Below, in pieces: positions 58,984 through 64,000 of a stretch of 64,000 bases of DNA. The notes beneath the pieces are model-generated. The model had not been told where the DNA came from. It worked only from the letters and a program-made list of their open reading frames with translations, and did no database searches. Source of the DNA: Eledone cirrhosa (lineage: Eukaryota); the NCBI GenBank assembly GCA_964016885.1, contig OZ024741.1, positions 355,260,001-355,324,000 of the forward strand. Direction: 5' to 3'. Each line of letters begins with the position of its first letter. Positions within the stretch are counted from its first letter, which is position 1. The position numbers were made by a program, and so were the translations under genes.

Positions 58984-59733
58984 ATGGCGACGAGACTACG
59001 AACGAGCGAAGCGATTAGGGCATTTACCGGTGAAGGCGATGTTGTCGCTTGGCTGCGAAAAGTCCGGCTTGTCGCAAGCTTACAGAAGATAGAAGATGTG
59101 GCTGGCCTCATGGCACTGTACGTCGAGGGGGACGTGTTGGTACTCTTCCTTGAGTTAGATGAACACAGCCAAAGGGATGCGCAAAAGATTGAGAGGTGTA
59201 TGATGGAAGCGTTCGCAGAGGGAACGTTAGCCGCTTTTGCAAAGCTTGCAAGAATTAGATGGAACGGTGAACGCGTTGACAAAATACGGCGATTGGCCAC
59301 GTTGGCTGGATATCAGCTGGAATGCGAACGCACGGTGCGGTTGGCGTTCATAAATGGATTCCCAGACGACATAGCGGTGAAACTGCAGCAAGTCCCGGGT
59401 TACAAAGAAATGGAGATGTATTCACTGGTGGAACAAGCCCGGATCATAGCAGAAGATGCCAAAAAGAGTGTCGTGGTGATAGCAACTACAGAGGCTCAAG
59501 ACAGCTGGCAGCGAAATGGTGAAAGGGAGGCAACCACGGGATGCGGTCGCCCGCGAACGTTTAGAGGTCGCTATTTTAGGTGCCAGGGCCCGCACATGGC
59601 GAGAGACTGTAGAGAATCAAGGCCGGAAATAATATGCTACCGGTGTAAGTGACCAGGCCACATTGCTACTAACTGCGACCAGGGAAACGATCCAAGGGGA
59701 ACTACTGCGCTGGTAGTTGCCTCTTACGAGTAG
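58984..59733 (+). pseudogene. gag (premature TGA at 59650 in the second zinc knuckle)
   Basis: YFRCQGPHMARDC and CYRCK*PGHIATNC; frame continues to TAG at 59731. Confidence 0.88.
59682..59724 (+). promoter_or_regulatory. -1 ribosomal frameshift signal (G GGA AAC + stem-loop)
   Basis: Slippery heptamer in gag phase; AGGGGAACTAC..GTAGTTGCCTCT stem 6 nt downstream; the -1 frame reads into the protease. Confidence 0.8.
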
Positions 59734-62421
59734 AGGTTCTGCCTGTGGTGGAAGTCTTCGTGAGGGGAAAGCCACAGCAAGCCCTCGTGGACACGGGCTG
59801 TACGACGACACTGGTGACCACGGGGGTGGCGCAGAGGTGGAGCGAGAAGAGCAGCATAAGGGCAGTCGATGGCAGGAAAATTGAATGCCGAGGTCGCAGC
59901 GAGGTGGAGATGGTGGTACGGGGAAGGAAAATAAGGCTTTCTGCCATCGTAGTTGACAACGTGGTGGATGGGATCGGCGTGGTTATGGGCATGGACGCAA
60001 TTGGCCGTCTAGGAGGCATCACAGTGAACAACGTCGGTGTGTCATTTGGCGGTGCTGCATCGGTATGCGCTGTGAGTACGCGACAGGAGAACCAGAAGGC
60101 CCACAAGGAGAGATACCCCGCTTGCACTGTGCAGGACAAAGACTTCAAGGCCGTGTTCGTTGGGCAGCGATGGGTTGTTGAGTGGTACTGAAAGGGTGAA
60201 CCACCAACACTGAAGACCAAAGTGGGCTGCTATCAACACACATTGAAGGGAGACATTAGGAGCAAATTCGAGCGAGAGGTAGAGAGATGGATTGAGGAGG
60301 GCATACTGCTTCCCTGGAAAGAGGAGGTGAAGTGCGGAGTATTGCTGTTAATGGCGGTGACGCAACCCACGAAGAACAAGGTGAGGCCGCTGCTGGACTT
60401 TCGGGGGCTGAACAAGCACGTGTCATGCCACACGGGTGGCGAGGTCACGGATGTCTGTGGGGAAACCCTGCGTGAGTGGAGACGCAATCGTAGATCTAAA
60501 GTCGGCATACTTGCAATTGCATATAGATGAGAAGCTCTGGCAGTATCAGCTGGTCAGGTATAAGGGCCGGACATATTGCCTGACCAGGCTCGGTTTCGGG
60601 CTTTGCTCCGCACCGAAGATCATGGCGGTGGTCCTCAAGTCCATTCTGGGAAAGGCCGACAAGATGAAGCGGGCCACTAACTCCTACATTGACGACATCC
60701 TAGTGGACGAGTCTGTAGTGTCGGCGGCGAAGGTCACAAGCCATTTAGAAGGGTATGGACTGGCTGCGAAGCCGTCAGAAGCATTGGAGGGAGGAGCTGC
60801 GCTGGGACTTAGGCTACGGTGAGACAGGACGGGCGTCTTGGTATTCCAGAGGGGAAATGAAGGTCCAGAACTGGGCTCAAGTATGAGTAGGCGGGAGCTT
60901 TTCTCTGTGTGTGGAAAGTTGGTGGGTCACTACCCGATTGCTGGGTGGCTCCGGACGGCATACAGCTATGTCAAGAGACGAGTGGGAGGGGTGACTTGGA
61001 GTGACAGAGTGGGAGAGAGGATGGTGGCCATGATGCAGGAGATCGTGGAGAGGGTGAAGGCCGATGACCCAGTGCGGGGACGCTGGTATGTTCCCAAATC
61101 GCCGAGCGGGACCGTATGGTGCGATGCCAGCAGCATAGCGCTGGGTGTCATGTTGGAGATAGGAGGTGTTGAGGTCGAGGATGCAGCCTGGCTTAGGAAG
61201 AAGGACGACTGCAACCACATCAATGTGGCCGAACTGGACGCAGTGTTGAGAGGGGTGAACCTCGCCCTGAGGTGGGGACTGCCAACCATCGAGATACGCA
61301 CTGACTCGGCTACTGTACTCGGATGGGTGAGAACAGTGCTCACCAGTGAGAAGAGAGTGCGAGCGAGAGGGGCGGCGGAGATGCTGATAAAGTGCCGCCT
61401 GGGAACTTTAGGAGAGCTGGCCACCGAGTTCGACCTGAGGCTGAGCGTAGTTTTCGTGCCCTCAGAGAAAAATAGGGCGGACGTCTTAATCAGGGTGAAG
61501 AAAGCCTGGATGGAAGTGCCGGAAGAGGTAGAAGATGAGATAGCTGCCGTGTGTCGGCTGACCGAGTTGGATCTGAAAGGGTTGCATGACATGCACCACA
61601 TGGGAGTGGATAGGACCCTGTTCCTAGCCAGGAGAATCGACTCGGACGTTAACAGACACAGTGTTCAAAGGGTGGTTAGAGGCTGCGTCCGATGTCAGTC
61701 CATTGATTCCGCCCCGGGTGTGCACGAAACGGGAAGCCTCCCGGTGGATCGCGACTGGAAGCGATTGGCAGTGGATGTAACGCACTACCAACAGGGAACA
61801 TGCCTCTCGATGGTCGACTGTGGACCAGGACGGATGGCGATATGGAGGGAGATGAAGACTGGAACGGCCGGGGAAATCATGCGGACGTTGAGAGAGGTGT
61901 TCTTGGAGCGGGGTCCTGTGGACGAACTGCTGATGGACAACAGCGCAACGTTCCGCTTGGAGGCGCTGAGGGAGATGCTCGATGGATGGAAGGTGAACCG
62001 TTTCTTCAGAGCAGCACACAGGCCGAGCGGAAATGGAATTGTGGAACGACACCACCGGACGATCAAGGCAATGGCGGAGCGGGGCCATATCTCACCAATG
62101 GAGGCAGTGTTCTGGTACAACATGTCCTCTCGGGTGGGACAGGTTGAGGAATCGGTGCCACACAGAGTAGTATTCAGATACGAGTGGTGGCACCCGTGCA
62201 CGCCACCACAACAGCCAGTGGGGAGAGAGAATGCATTCGTGCAGGTGGGCGAAGAAGTCTGGGTTAAGCCCCCAGATGCACGTTGCACATCTCAATGGGG
62301 AAGGGGAACGGTGACGGCCATAAATTCCCAGAACAATGTGTCCGTGGACGGAGTACCACGTCATGTCCTGGATGTCCGTAGAATTACTGTGTCAACGGAC
62401 TCCGAGGAAGAGGAAACTTAA
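59682..62421 (+). pseudogene. pol: protease, RT, RNase H, integrase
   Basis: ALVDTGC; DLKSAYLQ, LGFGL, YIDDILV; WCDAS, HINVAELDAV, TDS, NRAD; HHCC and D-D-E (AVDVT, LMDN, NGIVER); stops at 60189 and 60820, frameshift near 60485. Confidence 0.9.
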
Positions 62422-62536
62422 AGTGCTGCCCCAACACCGCGGAGATCGCAAAGAAGTCGCAAACCACCAACCTGGACAGCAGACTTTCATATGCAGAAGG
62501 ACGAGGGGGAAATTGATCCTTGAGATCAGGGGGGCG

Positions 62537-62806
62537 TGTGGGTATGGTGTGGTGTGCGGTGGCCGGAAGCTGGGGAGTGCTCGACCGGAAGAGTGCTTGA
62601 CCGGAAGGGTGCTTGGCCGGAAGGGTGCTCGACCGGAAGGGCCAGCAGGTCGGTCTCTCTCTAGTGATGACCAGGAACGGTGTGGACGCGAGCTTGGCAG
62701 CTCCCGGGTGTTAATGAGTTGGACGCACGTGGAAAAGGAGAAACCAGCCTTGGGATTTAGCGCCGCCTATGAAAAGCGGTAAGTGAGATAGCTTTTTCTA
62801 ACCACA
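62537..62806 (+). repeat. 3' LTR
   Basis: TG...CA ends, preceded by a polypurine tract. Confidence 0.95.
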
Positions 62807-62811
62807 CAACC

Positions 62812-63572
62812 AGTACAATTATGAAATCATTGGAGACTTCAAGATAGTAGCTTTCCTGCTTGGACTCCAAAGAGCCTTTATCAAATTCCAATGCTTCCTC
62901 TGCCTTTGGGACAGCAGAGCCACCTCTGACCACTACAAAAGAAAGAACTGGGAGCAGCGAACAGAATTTGTAGTTGGGACCCGGAACGTCATGTGGGAGC
63001 CACTGGTTGATACCAGGATTGTGTTCATGCCGCCACTGCACATTAAGTTGGGGTTGATGAAGTTTGTGAAGGCTCTCAACCAAGAATCAGCCACTTTTAA
63101 GTACCTTCTTGAGTTCTTCCCCAAGTTATCTGAGGCCAAAATCAAAGGTGGAATTTTTGTTGGACCTCAGATAAAGAAGGTGTTTGAGTCTACCGAGTTC
63201 TCCAATAAGCTCAATAGGATTGAGAGAACAGTATGGAACTGTTTCAAAGCAGTTGTTAAGGGCTTCCTGGGCAACTACAGAACTGAAAACTACCAGCAAC
63301 TGGTGCAGGATCTGATAAAGGCTTTTGGTGCCATGGGATGCAGGATGTCGCTTAAACTCCATATGCTGGACGCTCACCTGGAAAAATTCAAGGACAATAT
63401 AGGCACCTACTCAGAAGAACAAGGCAAACGATTCCACCAAGATGTGAAAGAGATAGAGCGGAGGTACTAGGGCCACTACAATGAAAAAATGATGGGGGAT
63501 TATATGTGGGGGCTAGTGCGGGAATGCGACCTGGACTACAACCGCAAATCCAAGAAATCCAGTCATTTCTGA
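62812..63572 (+). pseudogene. Chapaev3-like transposase, C-terminal part
   Basis: ORF 62991..63470; premature TAG at 63468, original TGA at 63570..63572. Confidence 0.8.
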
Positions 63573-63879
63573 CGTGTATAAGTTGCTTTATAAGTGTTAT
63601 TTGTTTTTACTTGTTTGCTTTTGATAAGCTTGTGTAATAAAATAAATATATACTTTGTTGATTTAATTATATGAACTGATAAATTAAAAAATAATGTGTT
63701 TTTTCTTGAAAAATATGAAAATTTCGAAATATCAAACTCCTGACCACAAACCCAAACTTCTGATTAAATAATAGTGTTTTTTTTATAATAATGGGATATA
63801 ACAAACCATGAAATGACACTTAGAACCGGGGAACAAAAAATATGTTACACGGTGATAATTTCACTGCTGCTCCTACTAC

Positions 63880-64000
63880 ACACTATTCTGTGCATCTGCT
63901 ACATGCAAAATCTCTCTTTTCTGTTTGTCAGTCTACAATCCCTCTATACTTCTTGTGTACCCAAGATTTACATTATATACATTGTATAGAGTTCCTACTT
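63880..64000 (-). mobile_element. RTE LINE fragment (PHD region) at the window edge
   Basis: GRNSIQC..CKSWVHKK..FACSRC on the minus strand. Confidence 0.65.

Larger units (their letters stand above)
58573..62806 (+). mobile_element. Full-length LTR retrotransposon (PR-RT-RH-IN order), inactivated
   Basis: 270-bp LTRs with 9 mismatches, TGTGG...CCACA ends, CAACC TSD, PPT AGGGGGGCG at 62528..62536, gag with CCHC knuckles, pol. Confidence 0.95.
57876..63854 (+). mobile_element. Chapaev3-like (CMC) DNA transposon interrupted by an LTR retrotransposon
   Basis: TIRs ACCGTGTAACA / TGTTACACGGTG; transposase WRLFIDSS..SLKAVLLHNGN (58257..58572) rejoins in frame with IIGDFK..CFLCLWDSRA..PPLHIKLGLMK..MSLKLH..SEEQGKRFHQD (62812..63572). 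Confidence 0.8.

Noticed and set aside
60877-62288. Antisense ORFs over pol, and similar ones over the RTE ORFs
   Set aside because: Shadow frames of GC-richer TE coding sequence.

Overview
Eukaryotic, AT-rich, repeat-dense genomic DNA. The TE and SINE repertoire suggests an octopus-like cephalopod (inference, not tested). Two intron-rich genes were assembled by hand from GT-AG exons. (1) A complete 10-exon STYX pseudophosphatase on + (7047..38098, 198 aa, HGNAGISRS motif), with a candidate alternative first exon at 17182..17208. (2) The 3' part of a single-pass EGF-repeat membrane protein on - (7 exons, 57249..42820; 5' end probably beyond the window), built from tandemly duplicated 135+111 nt exons and ending in a 27-aa tail that does not resemble Notch, Delta or Crumbs. 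Introns carry many RTE LINEs (one with an 816-codon open frame and a PHD finger inside the RT region), tRNA-derived SINEs, piggyBac-type MITEs, a mariner, and CR1 and Tx1 fragments. A full-length but mutated LTR retrotransposon (-1 frameshift signal, DIRS/Pao-like RNase H, non-TGG PBS) is nested in a Chapaev3-like DNA transposon. No database searches were run; family names come from motif recognition.
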